Positions 30,659 through 39,635 of a DNA stretch of 64,000 bases are shown piece after piece (position 1 is the first letter of the stretch; every line of letters starts with the position of its first letter). Both the position numbers and the translations under genes were made by a program. The stretch is from NCBI RefSeq assembly GCF_054482525.1, contig NZ_CM137006.1; one strand, given 5' to 3'. The notes beneath the pieces were generated by a model that saw only the letters and a list, made by a program, of their open reading frames with translations, ran no database searches and had not been told where the DNA came from.

Positions 30659-33139
30659 ATGTTGAGAATGACCCCACTTGCATCAGCAATCGTAGCGTTA
30701 TTGCTCGGCATTGAAGCTTATGCAGCTGAAGAAACCTTTGATACCCATTTTATGATAGGTGCAGTGAAAGATCAGCAGGTTGCAAATATTCGTCTTGATG
30801 ATAATCAACCCTTGCCGGGGCAGTATGACATCGATATTTATGTCAATAAGCAATGGCGCGGGAAATATGAGATTATTGTTAAAGACAACCCGCAAGAAAC
30901 ATGTTTATCAAGGGAAATTATCAAGCGGTTAGGCATTAATACCGATAACTTTGCCAGCGGTAAGCAATGTTTAACATTTGAGCAACTTGTTCAGGGTGGG
31001 AGCTATACCTGGGATATCGGAGTTTTTCGTCTCGATTTCAGTGTCCCGCAGGCGTGGGTGGAAGAACTGGAAAGTGGCTATGTTCCACCGGAAAACTGGG
31101 AGCGGGGTATTAATGCGTTTTATACCTCTTATTATGTGAGTCAGTATTACAGCGACTATAAAGCGTCGGGTAATAGTAAGAGTACATATGTACGTTTTAA
31201 CAGCGGGTTAAACTTACTGGGGTGGCAACTGCATTCTGATGCCAGTTTCAGTAAAACAAATAGCAATCCAGGGGTGTGGAAAAGCAATACCCTGTATCTG
31301 GAACGTGGATTTGCCCAACTTCTCGGCACGCTTCGCGTGGGTGATATGTACACATCAAGCGATATTTTTGATTCTGTTCGCTTCAGCGGTGTGCGGTTGT
31401 TTCGTGATATGCAGATGTTGCCTAACTCGAAACAAAATTTTACTCCACGGGTGCAGGGGATTGCTCAGAGTAACGCGCTGGTAACTATTGAACAGAATGG
31501 TTTTGTGGTTTATCAGAAAGAGGTTCCTCCTGGCCCGTTTGCGATTACAGATTTGCAGTTGGCCGGGGGTGGAGCGGATCTTGATGTCAGCGTGAAAGAG
31601 GCGGACGGTTCGGTAACCACCTATCTGGTGCCTTATGCAGCGGTGCCGAATATGCTGCAACCTGGCGTGTCGAAATATGATTTTGCGGCGGGTCGTAGCC
31701 ATATTGAAGGGGCGAGCAAACAAAGTGATTTTGTCCAGGCGGGTTATCAGTATGGTTTTAATAACTTATTGACGCTGTATGGTGGATCGATGGTCGCGAA
31801 TAATTATTACGCGTTCACTTTGGGGACTGGCTGGAATACACGCATTGGTGCCATTTCCGTCGATGCCACGAAGTCGCATAGTAAACAAGACAACGGCGAT
31901 GTGTTTGACGGGCAAAGTTATCAAATTGCCTACAACAAATTTGTGAGCCAAACGTCGACGCGTTTTGGTCTGGCGGCCTGGCGTTATTCGTCGCGTGATT
32001 ACCGGACATTTAACGATCACGTTTGGGCAAACAATAAAGATAATTATCGCCGTGATGAAAACGATATCTATGACATTGCCGATTATTACCAGAACGATTT
32101 TGGCCGTAAAAATAGCTTTTCTGCCAATATGAGCCAGTCATTGCCAGAAGGCTGGGGTTCTGTGTCCTTAAGTACGTTATGGCGAGATTACTGGGGGCGT
32201 AGCGGCAGCAGTAAGGATTATCAGTTGAGTTATTCCTACAACCTGCGACAGATAAGCTATACCCTCGCGGCAAGCCAGGCTTATGACGAGAATCATCATG
32301 AAGAGAAACGTTTTAATATTTTTATATCGATTCCCTTTGATTGGGGTGATGACGTTACGACGCCTCGTCGGCAAATATATATGTCTAACTCAACGACGTT
32401 TGATGATCAGGGTTTTGCCTCAAATAATACGGGATTATCAGGAACCGTTGGAAGCCGGTATCAATTTAACTATGGGGTCAACCTGAGTCATCAGCATCAG
32501 GGAAATGAAACGACAGCTGGAGCGAATTTAACCTGGAACGCGCCGGTGGCAACGGTGAATGGCAGTTATAGTCAGTCGAGTACTTATCGACAGGCTGGAG
32601 CCAGTGTTTCAGGGGGCATTGTCGCCTGGTCGGGTGGCGTTAATCTGGCGAACCGTCTTTCCGAAACGTTTGCTGTGATGAATGCGCCAGGAATTAAAGA
32701 TGCTTATGTCAATGGGCAAAAATATCGCACAACAAACCGTAATGGAGTGGTGGTATACGACGGAATGACACCTTATCGGGAAAATCACCTGATGCTGGAT
32801 GTGTCGCAAAGCGATAGCGAAGCAGAATTACGTGGCAACCGGAAAATTGCCGCCCCTTTTCGCGGCGCGGTTGTACTGGTTAATTTTGATACCGATCAGC
32901 GCAAGCCCTGGTTTATAAAAGCGTTAAGAACGGATGGGCAACCATTAACGTTTGGTTATGAAGTCAATGATATCCATGGTCATAATATTGGCGTTGTCGG
33001 CCAGGGAAGCCAGTTATTTATTCGCACCAATGAAGTACCGCCATCGGTTAATGTAGCAATTGATAAGCAACAAGGACTTTCATGCACAATCACCTTCGGT
33101 AAAGAGATTGATGAAAGTAGAAATTATATTTGCCAGTAA
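30659..33139 (+). CDS. yehB: outer-membrane fimbrial usher
   Basis: Start at MLRMTPLASAIVALLLG (826 aa, as in K-12 YehB). Usher-family sequence throughout. Confidence 0.92.
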   Translation: MLRMTPLASAIVALLLGIEAYAAEETFDTHFMIGAVKDQQVANIRLDDNQPLPGQYDIDIYVNKQWRGKYEIIVKDNPQETCLSREIIKRLGINTDNFASGKQCLTFEQLVQGGSYTWDIGVFRLDFSVPQAWVEELESGYVPPENWERGINAFYTSYYVSQYYSDYKASGNSKSTYVRFNSGLNLLGWQLHSDASFSKTNSNPGVWKSNTLYLERGFAQLLGTLRVGDMYTSSDIFDSVRFSGVRLFRDMQMLPNSKQNFTPRVQGIAQSNALVTIEQNGFVVYQKEVPPGPFAITDLQLAGGGADLDVSVKEADGSVTTYLVPYAAVPNMLQPGVSKYDFAAGRSHIEGASKQSDFVQAGYQYGFNNLLTLYGGSMVANNYYAFTLGTGWNTRIGAISVDATKSHSKQDNGDVFDGQSYQIAYNKFVSQTSTRFGLAAWRYSSRDYRTFNDHVWANNKDNYRRDENDIYDIADYYQNDFGRKNSFSANMSQSLPEGWGSVSLSTLWRDYWGRSGSSKDYQLSYSYNLRQISYTLAASQAYDENHHEEKRFNIFISIPFDWGDDVTTPRRQIYMSNSTTFDDQGFASNNTGLSGTVGSRYQFNYGVNLSHQHQGNETTAGANLTWNAPVATVNGSYSQSSTYRQAGASVSGGIVAWSGGVNLANRLSETFAVMNAPGIKDAYVNGQKYRTTNRNGVVVYDGMTPYRENHLMLDVSQSDSEAELRGNRKIAAPFRGAVVLVNFDTDQRKPWFIKALRTDGQPLTFGYEVNDIHGHNIGVVGQGSQLFIRTNEVPPSVNVAIDKQQGLSCTITFGKEIDESRNYICQ

Positions 33140-33154
33140 TAGTCAGGTGGTTCT

Positions 33155-34189
33155 ATGAAAATTCGCATAATGCTATTTATATTAATGATGATAGTTATGC
33201 CTGTGAGCTATGCGGCATGTTATAGTGAGTTATCTGTTCAGCACAATTTGGTTGTTCAGGGGGATTTTGCACTTAGTCAAACACAAATAGCGACATATGA
33301 GCATAATTTTAATGATTCGTCATGCGTGAGTACAAATACTATCACCCCTATGAGCCCATCGGATATTATTGTTGGACTTTATAACGATACCATTAAATTA
33401 AATTTACATTTTGAATGGACCAATAAAAACAACATCACGTTGTCAAATAATCAGACCAGTTTCACCAGTGGTTATTCGGTAACGGTGACACCTGCGGCCA
33501 GTAATGCAAAAGTGAATGTTTCTGCGGGGGGCGGCGGTTCAGTGATGATTAATGGTGTTGCGACATTATCCAGTGCTTCATCATCGACACGCGGGAGTGC
33601 TGCAGTACAATTTTTACTGTGTTTATTAGGTGGCAAGTCATGGGATGCATGTGTAAATAGCTACAGAAATGCATTGGCACAAAATGCAGGTGTCTATTCC
33701 TTTAATCTGGCATTGTCATATAACCCGATAACCACAACCTGCAAACCGGACGATTTATTAATTACTTTAGAGAGTATTCCCGTTTCACAATTACCAGTCA
33801 CAGGTAACAAAGCAACAATAAATAGTAACAAAGGGGATATTGTTCTGCGTTGTAAAAACTTATTAGGTCAACAAAATCAAACATCACGGAAAATGCAGGT
33901 GTATTTATCAAGTTCTGACTTGTTAAACAACAGCAACACGATACTTAAAGGTGCAAAAGATAATGGCGTAGAATTTGTTCTTGAAAGTAATGGTTCGCCA
34001 GTCACACTTTTAAATATCACTGACAGCAGTAAAGGATACACAAATTTAAAAGAAATTGCGGCGAAGTCAAAACTTACAGATACAACGGTTTCAATTCCGA
34101 TAACAGCCAGTTACTACGTCTACGATACAAACAAAGTTAAATCCGGCGCACTGGAGACAACCGCATTAATCAACGTGAAATACGACTAA
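33155..34189 (+). CDS. yehA: fimbrial adhesin-like minor subunit
   Basis: 344 aa with a signal peptide. It is the last gene of the cluster and has the same length as K-12 YehA. Confidence 0.88.
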   Translation: MKIRIMLFILMMIVMPVSYAACYSELSVQHNLVVQGDFALSQTQIATYEHNFNDSSCVSTNTITPMSPSDIIVGLYNDTIKLNLHFEWTNKNNITLSNNQTSFTSGYSVTVTPAASNAKVNVSAGGGGSVMINGVATLSSASSSTRGSAAVQFLLCLLGGKSWDACVNSYRNALAQNAGVYSFNLALSYNPITTTCKPDDLLITLESIPVSQLPVTGNKATINSNKGDIVLRCKNLLGQQNQTSRKMQVYLSSSDLLNNSNTILKGAKDNGVEFVLESNGSPVTLLNITDSSKGYTNLKEIAAKSKLTDTTVSIPITASYYVYDTNKVKSGALETTALINVKYD

Positions 34190-34245
34190 TAACAAGCAAG
34201 ACGAGCAAGTGGTTAATAATAAAAAATAATAAGGTGTCTGCATTT

Positions 34246-34272
34246 CCCCCTCATGATGAGGGGGCTTTTTTT
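34246..34272. terminator. bidirectional terminator between yehA and rcnB
   Basis: CCCCCTCAT/ATGAGGGGG palindrome followed by TTTTTTT. Confidence 0.7.
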
Positions 34273-34609
34273 AGCGATGATAAAAAATCTCACCGTCGTA
34301 GGCTTTAACGATTTTACCGTCGGTGTCGCTGATCAACACATATGCGCCACCCATATAGGTCCAGTGCGTCCCGGCATCAGGCGCGGGCAGGTTACGTAAC
34401 TGCCACTGCTTAATGTTGTACTCATCGGTGCGGTACATCTCTGGGACGGTATCGCCTGGTTTGAAATGCTTAAAGTCAGCAATGAAACTACTTAACTCAT
34501 ACTTAGAAATTCCCGAGGTATTGGTCGAACCCGCGGTGGCTGGTGCGGCCCAGGCGGCACTGGTAACCAGCAAAAGCGCACCCAGCAACATCTTATTTTT
34601 AATGGTCAT
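34271..34609 (-). CDS. rcnB: periplasmic Ni/Co homeostasis protein
   Basis: Start at MTIKNKMLLGALLLVTSAAWA (112 aa, as in K-12 RcnB/YohN). The ORF-track extension to 34789 is rejected. Confidence 0.9.
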   Translation of the reverse strand: MTIKNKMLLGALLLVTSAAWAAPATAGSTNTSGISKYELSSFIADFKHFKPGDTVPEMYRTDEYNIKQWQLRNLPAPDAGTHWTYMGGAYVLISDTDGKIVKAYDGEIFYHR

Positions 34610-34827
34610 AAACTCTCCACTTTGGGGATCTGTAATATCAGTCGCATATCTTTCCTGCCATACAATATAACTGACAAGCGATATTTTGTTAGTGATCCCA
34701 TGATTTCGTAAAAAGTGTAAATGAAAGGATGCCCTAAAAGCATCCTTAGCGAGCAGAGAGTCAGCGGAAATAGCTGATTTAAGAATCATCCTGGGCTGAA
34801 GATAACATGCAAGCCTAAAGGATAGAG

Positions 34828-35661
34828 TTATCGCATTATGCCCATAAAGCCATGCACACCCATATACACACCAACTAAGCCAATCAACAGACTGGAAAAA
34901 TAGGGGGCGCGTTTAGCGAGAGTGTTAAATCCGCTCCAGCGTTTTGCGACCTGCTGAACGCTGATTGCTGCGCCAACGCCTACGGTGACCAGCGTTAACG
35001 CCAGGCCGATGCTGAAACTGACGACCAGTGTTGCGCCCAGTGTCAGGGCTTTCAACTGAATGCAAATCAACAGCACGGTAATTGCTGCCGGGCAGGGGAT
35101 AAGGCCACCGGTTAAGCCAAATAACAAAATTTGCCAGTTGGTGACCTCTCTACCATCAAAGCGTCGTTTAATGTCATTGGCATGGGCTCGTGCATGAGCA
35201 TCCTGATACTCCCCATGTTCGTGATGGTGATGATGTCCATGGTCGTGGTGATCTTCGTGATCGTGATGATGATGGTGATGATGCTCATGATCATGCCCGT
35301 GCATATTCTCCAGCCAGTTGCGTTCGCCGCGCCAGGTACGCCAGAACATCCAGAACGCGGTGCCAATAATGATCACCGCGGAAATCAACTGGAGCCACGG
35401 TTCTGCTGATTGAGCAGTAAAGCGCTTACTGATCACCATCCCGCCAAAGGCAATCAACCAGACCACCGCGGTATGCGAAATGGTTGCTGCCAGTCCGAGC
35501 ATCACCGCCTGTTTAATGGTGCCTTTGATGGCGATGATAAACGCCGCCATCATCGTTTTTGAGTGCCCTGGTTCCAGGCCATGAAGCGCACCAAGTAAGA
35601 TGGCGCTGGGGATGAAGAACCAGGCGTTTCCTTGCTGAAGAAGAGTGGTAAATTCGGTCAT
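34828..35661 (-). CDS. rcnA: Ni/Co efflux membrane protein with a histidine-rich loop
   Basis: Polytopic membrane ORF with a central HGHDHEHHHHHHHDHEDHHDHGHHHHHEHG tract. It is divergent from rcnR. Confidence 0.93.
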   Translation of the reverse strand: MTEFTTLLQQGNAWFFIPSAILLGALHGLEPGHSKTMMAAFIIAIKGTIKQAVMLGLAATISHTAVVWLIAFGGMVISKRFTAQSAEPWLQLISAVIIIGTAFWMFWRTWRGERNWLENMHGHDHEHHHHHHHDHEDHHDHGHHHHHEHGEYQDAHARAHANDIKRRFDGREVTNWQILLFGLTGGLIPCPAAITVLLICIQLKALTLGATLVVSFSIGLALTLVTVGVGAAISVQQVAKRWSGFNTLAKRAPYFSSLLIGLVGVYMGVHGFMGIMR

Positions 35662-35698
35662 GATAATAATTCTTAGTATTAATTCGGCAATCCGATTC

Positions 35699-35733
35699 TA
35701 CTCCCCCCCAGTACCTGATACTACCCCCCAGTA
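35699..35733. promoter_or_regulatory. two RcnR operator sites of the TACT-G6-N-AGTA type in the rcnA-rcnR intergenic region
   Basis: TACTCCCCCCCAGTA (35699-35713) and TACTACCCCCCAGTA (35719-35733). They match the published RcnR operator consensus read on the complementary strand. Confidence 0.8.
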
Positions 35734-35781
35734 GATTAATAGTGCTATGATTTTTCATGTTCTTGTTAACCAGGTGTTGCC

Positions 35782-36054
35782 ATGTCTCATACCATCCGTG
35801 ATAAACAGAAACTGAAAGCGCGTGCCAGTAAGATTCAGGGCCAGGTCGTGGCGCTCAAGAAAATGCTCGACGAGCCGCACGAATGCGCTGCAGTTTTACA
35901 ACAGATTGCTGCTATCCGTGGCGCGGTAAACGGTCTGATGCGGGAAGTGATTAAAGGTCATCTGACGGAACACATCGTTCACCAGGGGGATGAGCTAAAA
36001 CGTGAAGAAGATCTGGATGTCGTTCTGAAGGTGCTGGATTCTTATATCAAATAA
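35782..36054 (+). CDS. rcnR: CsoR/RcnR-family Ni/Co-responsive repressor
   Basis: 90 aa ([22 protein letters not shown]..), matching K-12 RcnR. Confidence 0.94.
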
Positions 36055-36091
36055 TTTATTAACGCTATTGTAAAACTGCCGTTTTTCCTCG

Positions 36092-36120
36092 TTTACAACG
36101 GGTGCGCTGGACATTACCAT
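36092..36120 (+). promoter_or_regulatory. putative native thiM promoter, now separated from thiMD and pointing into the island integrase
   Basis: TTTACA-17 bp-TACCAT lies immediately upstream of the left copy of the riboswitch sequence. This is a prediction by eye. Confidence 0.45.
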
Positions 36121-36142
36121 CCTCCTCTGCGATTTATCATCG

Positions 36143-36224
36143 CAACCAAACGACTCGGGGTGCCCTTCTGCGTGAAGGCTGAGAAATACCCGTATCACCT
36201 GATCTGGATAATGCCAGCGTAGGG
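36143..36224 (+). repeat. attL: 82-bp direct repeat, a 5' portion of the TPP (thi-box) aptamer that lacks the 3' strand of the closing helix and the expression platform
   Basis: Identical base for base to 44033-44114. It contains CTGAGA and the other thi-box core sequences. It diverges from the thiM leader after ..GCGTAGGG. Confidence 0.9.
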
Positions 36225-36307
36225 GGCCAAAATAGTCTTGAAAATTATGTGGTTGTATCTCTTTTTGACCATAAATCATGCTGTTAAGGTACAAAAAGGG
36301 GTCGTTT

Positions 36308-37615
36308 ATGAGGTCAAGAACTCTCCCATACACATTTCAGCGAAACGGTAATTACTATCTACAAATCCGGCTTTCGGATGGTCGGATATACAAAAAATCA
36401 CTTTTTACTGACAGTTATCGCGAAGCATCGGCGTTGATGATTGGCCTTACTCCGCACATTCCTTTCGTTAAATCACTCGCTACTCCGTTGCCGCAATTTA
36501 ATAAGTTTGTTTCAAACTTGATCGCTTCGTCACGTAACGTAATGATTCCGTTGCCACTCCCTCAGCAATTGAACAATATTTCTAAAGAAGTTTTGCAGCT
36601 TCAACCACCAGCCAAACCGGAAAAGGTACTAACACTTGCTGATGCGTGGGCTATGTACAAGGAGGAAAGAGGTCGAAATTGGACAAAATCGATCTCAATA
36701 GCAAATGAGCGTTATATGGAGGTATTGCTTGTTGTCTTGGGAAAAGAAACAGACGTAACGGCAATCACCAAACAAGATATTAAGCGAGTAATGGAAACTG
36801 TCGAAAACTTACCAAAGCGTGTAGTGCAACCGTATAGGTCAATGACTATTCAGCAACTAATCGAATGTGATGATGTGCTGCCAGAGGATTTAGTTGGTGC
36901 TGAGGCTGTACATAAGCACCTTAAAATCTACAAATCGTTATTCAAAACATTTCTGACTGAAAACAAAGATATTCTATCTAAGTCTCCGACTGATGGAATA
37001 GTAGCGGCACCATCCAAAGCTAGGTTTGGTGCATACAGTGCAGCAGAAATGAAAAAATTTGTAGGATGGGCACTAAAGCAGCCTGATGGATGGCAGAAGT
37101 GGATCACTTTGTTGTTGGCGTACACAGGAGCCAGAAGAGGTGAGATTGCTAAACTGGAGAAGTCGCAGATCAAATTTGATGAAGATAGCCAGCGGCACTA
37201 TCTTCTGATCGCGGAAAGAAGGCTGGGTAAAACTGAGAATGCTACAAGACAGGTAGTGATTCATCCCAAACTGATTGAGTGGGGGTTTCTGGATTTTGTT
37301 AACCGCCAATGGAAAGAGAAAATCTTTTCGGAAGTCTCAGGTCGAAATATGTCAAAGATAGGTAAAGTTCTTTCAGATGTTCGTGATCAGCTTGATATTC
37401 CTTATCTTGATGATTATGGGCAGCGGCGCTTGGTGCATAGTTTCCGGCATACTATGATTTCTACTTGTTTAGCTGGTTGGGTGAGTAATTTGGCGCATCT
37501 GCAACAGGTGGTAGGTCATGAAAAGAGTGGAGTAGGGATTACCCAGCGTTATCTGCACACATTCCCACTTTCCACCGTTTGTTATGTGATCGATGGTCTT
37601 TGTTGGGAGACTTAG
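36308..37615 (+). CDS. tyrosine recombinase / integrase
   Basis: The ORF in the track starts at 36278. I prefer the ATG at 36308, after an AAAGGGG Shine-Dalgarno. N-terminal arm-binding-like RNGNYYLQIRL, then catalytic-domain motifs ARRGEI, HSFRHT and GHEKSGVGITQRYLH (Tyr). Confidence 0.88.
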   Translation: MRSRTLPYTFQRNGNYYLQIRLSDGRIYKKSLFTDSYREASALMIGLTPHIPFVKSLATPLPQFNKFVSNLIASSRNVMIPLPLPQQLNNISKEVLQLQPPAKPEKVLTLADAWAMYKEERGRNWTKSISIANERYMEVLLVVLGKETDVTAITKQDIKRVMETVENLPKRVVQPYRSMTIQQLIECDDVLPEDLVGAEAVHKHLKIYKSLFKTFLTENKDILSKSPTDGIVAAPSKARFGAYSAAEMKKFVGWALKQPDGWQKWITLLLAYTGARRGEIAKLEKSQIKFDEDSQRHYLLIAERRLGKTENATRQVVIHPKLIEWGFLDFVNRQWKEKIFSEVSGRNMSKIGKVLSDVRDQLDIPYLDDYGQRRLVHSFRHTMISTCLAGWVSNLAHLQQVVGHEKSGVGITQRYLHTFPLSTVCYVIDGLCWET

Positions 37616-37743
37616 TTATTCGTGTATCCTTCTTAGTGTATAACCAGCTAATAATTTGTAGATTTTTATTGTCTGAGATCAAAAATTTTCACAACTAATT
37701 TACAATAATAACTTAAGATGAATTTAGGCTTAGTGAGTCTTCT

Positions 37744-38469
37744 ATGGTTAAAAATTTAGGCAAAAAATACAAGTATGGCGATCAACCGATAAGAGCTATT
37801 ACCATACAGATAATTGCTAATCAGTTTGGTGGGGCTGCAACGGCTAAGCAGGTAGATGATTATCTTAGAAAGCTATTTCCATCTTATAAAGATAATACTT
37901 GGCTCAATTTAATTGCTAATACAGTTAATTGTAAGCGGAGCTACTGGAGTTTCAACAAAACTGCCCGACGAACTGATGATGTAACTCATCGGCATCATAA
38001 GTATGACCGATTGTTCAAGCGTGGAAATATTTTTGAAATCTATCAACCATCTGTGCACGGTATTTGGGAATTATACCAGGATTTAGAAGGGATGTGGCGT
38101 TATCGTCAAGTAAAATCGGTTTTCGAAGAAGCTGTTGAGACGGCTGCAAAATTATCTTCAGTGGAACGAAAGCAAATTTTAGCGACAGAAAGTAAAATCC
38201 CGGAACTAATCGAAGTAACAACACGAGTTTATAAACGAAGCCCATATGTAGTTGCTGAAGTTCTTTTGAGAGCAAATGGAAAATGTCAATATTGTAAGCG
38301 AGATGCTCCTTTTCTAAAGGAAGATGGTACTCCATTTCTAGAAGTTCATCATATTGAGTGGCTTTCAAAGGGGGGGGAGGACTCTGTGGAAAATGCTATT
38401 GCATTATGTCCTAATTGCCATAGACAAGCCCATTATGGCGATCTGACATTACTACCTGTTAATAAATAG
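37744..38469 (+). CDS. HNH nuclease-domain protein with an uncharacterised 170-aa N-terminal domain (McrA-like architecture)
   Basis: C-terminal CQYCKRDAPF..EVHHIEWLSKGGEDSVENAIALCPNCHRQAH is a canonical HNH/zinc-ribbon motif. No adjacent methyltransferase gene. Confidence 0.8.
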   Translation: MVKNLGKKYKYGDQPIRAITIQIIANQFGGAATAKQVDDYLRKLFPSYKDNTWLNLIANTVNCKRSYWSFNKTARRTDDVTHRHHKYDRLFKRGNIFEIYQPSVHGIWELYQDLEGMWRYRQVKSVFEEAVETAAKLSSVERKQILATESKIPELIEVTTRVYKRSPYVVAEVLLRANGKCQYCKRDAPFLKEDGTPFLEVHHIEWLSKGGEDSVENAIALCPNCHRQAHYGDLTLLPVNK

Positions 38470-38546
38470 GCTTGATGAAAGTTCTATTTCTATATTTTTC
38501 AATATACAAATTTCCCCAAAAACGGCGTGAATATCACGCCGATCAA

Positions 38547-38894
38547 TCATACTTCAGAACACATACTCAATGTGTAAACAGCCATCTCCCCATCGGGATT
38601 AGAAGGGCGTAATACAAATATCGGTATACTGCCATTGTCAATGTATGTGGCTGCAACCCCTCCGTCAGGTGTAGCATACATCTTTGCGATGCTTTTTTGA
38701 CCTACAAAATCAAGTCTCCAAGTTTTACCGCCAAGATTTATGGTCATTTTTTTATCTTGTATATCAAAAGTTGAATCTACAGAAACTTTCTGACTTCCCG
38801 AGTCAATATGACCTTCCTGTATTGCTTTACAGGAAAAGGTTGTGGCGTGGCCCATCACTGGAATTAACAAAGCGGCAAATACTAGTTTTTTCAT
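38547..38894 (-). CDS. small secreted protein of unknown function
   Basis: I prefer the start at MKKLVFAALLIPVMGHA (signal peptide), after an AAGGGAGA Shine-Dalgarno. 115 aa with two Cys. The ORF-track start at 38951 is rejected. Confidence 0.7.
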   Translation of the reverse strand: MKKLVFAALLIPVMGHATTFSCKAIQEGHIDSGSQKVSVDSTFDIQDKKMTINLGGKTWRLDFVGQKSIAKMYATPDGGVAATYIDNGSIPIFVLRPSNPDGEMAVYTLSMCSEV

Positions 38895-39004
38895 TTGTCT
38901 CCCTTGGTGTGTCAAATGGATGGTGATGCTAATAATACATGATTGATTCAAAATGTCACGATTAGTGCGTGGTTAATTGGTGCGTCAAATTGCATCTTTG
39001 TGCC

Positions 39005-39469
39005 ATGCGAAAGAATCTGAGATACCTTTTTGGACAACGAGTAAAAGAGTTCCGTATAGCTATTGGCTTAAGCCAAGAGGCCTTTGCAGATCGGTGTGGT
39101 TTTGCACGTAGTTATATGAGTCGAATTGAGCGTGGTTGCTCTAATGCATCTCTTGATGCAATTGAGGTTCTGGCTGACGCTTTGCGTATTGAGCCTTGGC
39201 AGTTACTGGCTTCTGATTCAAGGAAACCTGATGATCAGGAGGTACTTGTTCCTTATGCTGCAGATGGGTCGTGTTTTCATCCAGGATTGGCAAGTACTCG
39301 CGATGGTTCGTTTAGAGTAGGGGAAAAATCAGCCCAGAAACGTTTCAGTTCGTTCAATGAAGCTCTCGAATACCTTCGTGGAATGGAAACCGCGAAGTGG
39401 CGTAGGCCTAATGCTAGTGGTAATTGGGGAATTGTATCTGCGGTTAAATGGGATCGACTGAATCAATAA
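39005..39469 (+). CDS. XRE-family HTH protein fused to an uncharacterised C-terminal domain
   Basis: HTH region LSQEAFADRCGFARSYMSRIERGCSNASLDAIEVLADAL. The 90-aa C-terminal part (..ETAKWRRPNASGNWGIVSAVKWD..) is not recognisable to me. Start chosen at MRKNLRYLFG. Confidence 0.75.
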   Translation: MRKNLRYLFGQRVKEFRIAIGLSQEAFADRCGFARSYMSRIERGCSNASLDAIEVLADALRIEPWQLLASDSRKPDDQEVLVPYAADGSCFHPGLASTRDGSFRVGEKSAQKRFSSFNEALEYLRGMETAKWRRPNASGNWGIVSAVKWDRLNQ

Positions 39470-39635
39470 GATATCAGTAATTTTCGGGCCACTCCACAAG
39501 GCAATAAGTGGCTTAGTGGTGATTATCGAAGGGGAATACAAGCGAGCACCTAGGCACCATTGCAAGAACCGCTCAACGCTGAGATCAGCAAGCCCCGATT
39601 TTTGCCGACCGTCCCTGTCAAATATCAAGGAGGCA

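Noticed and set aside
35112-35409. 84-aa and 92-aa ORFs on both strands within the rcnA His-tract
   Set aside because: They are artefacts of the repetitive CAT/CAC/GAT codon tract, giving poly-M/I/V/T translations. rcnA is the real gene.
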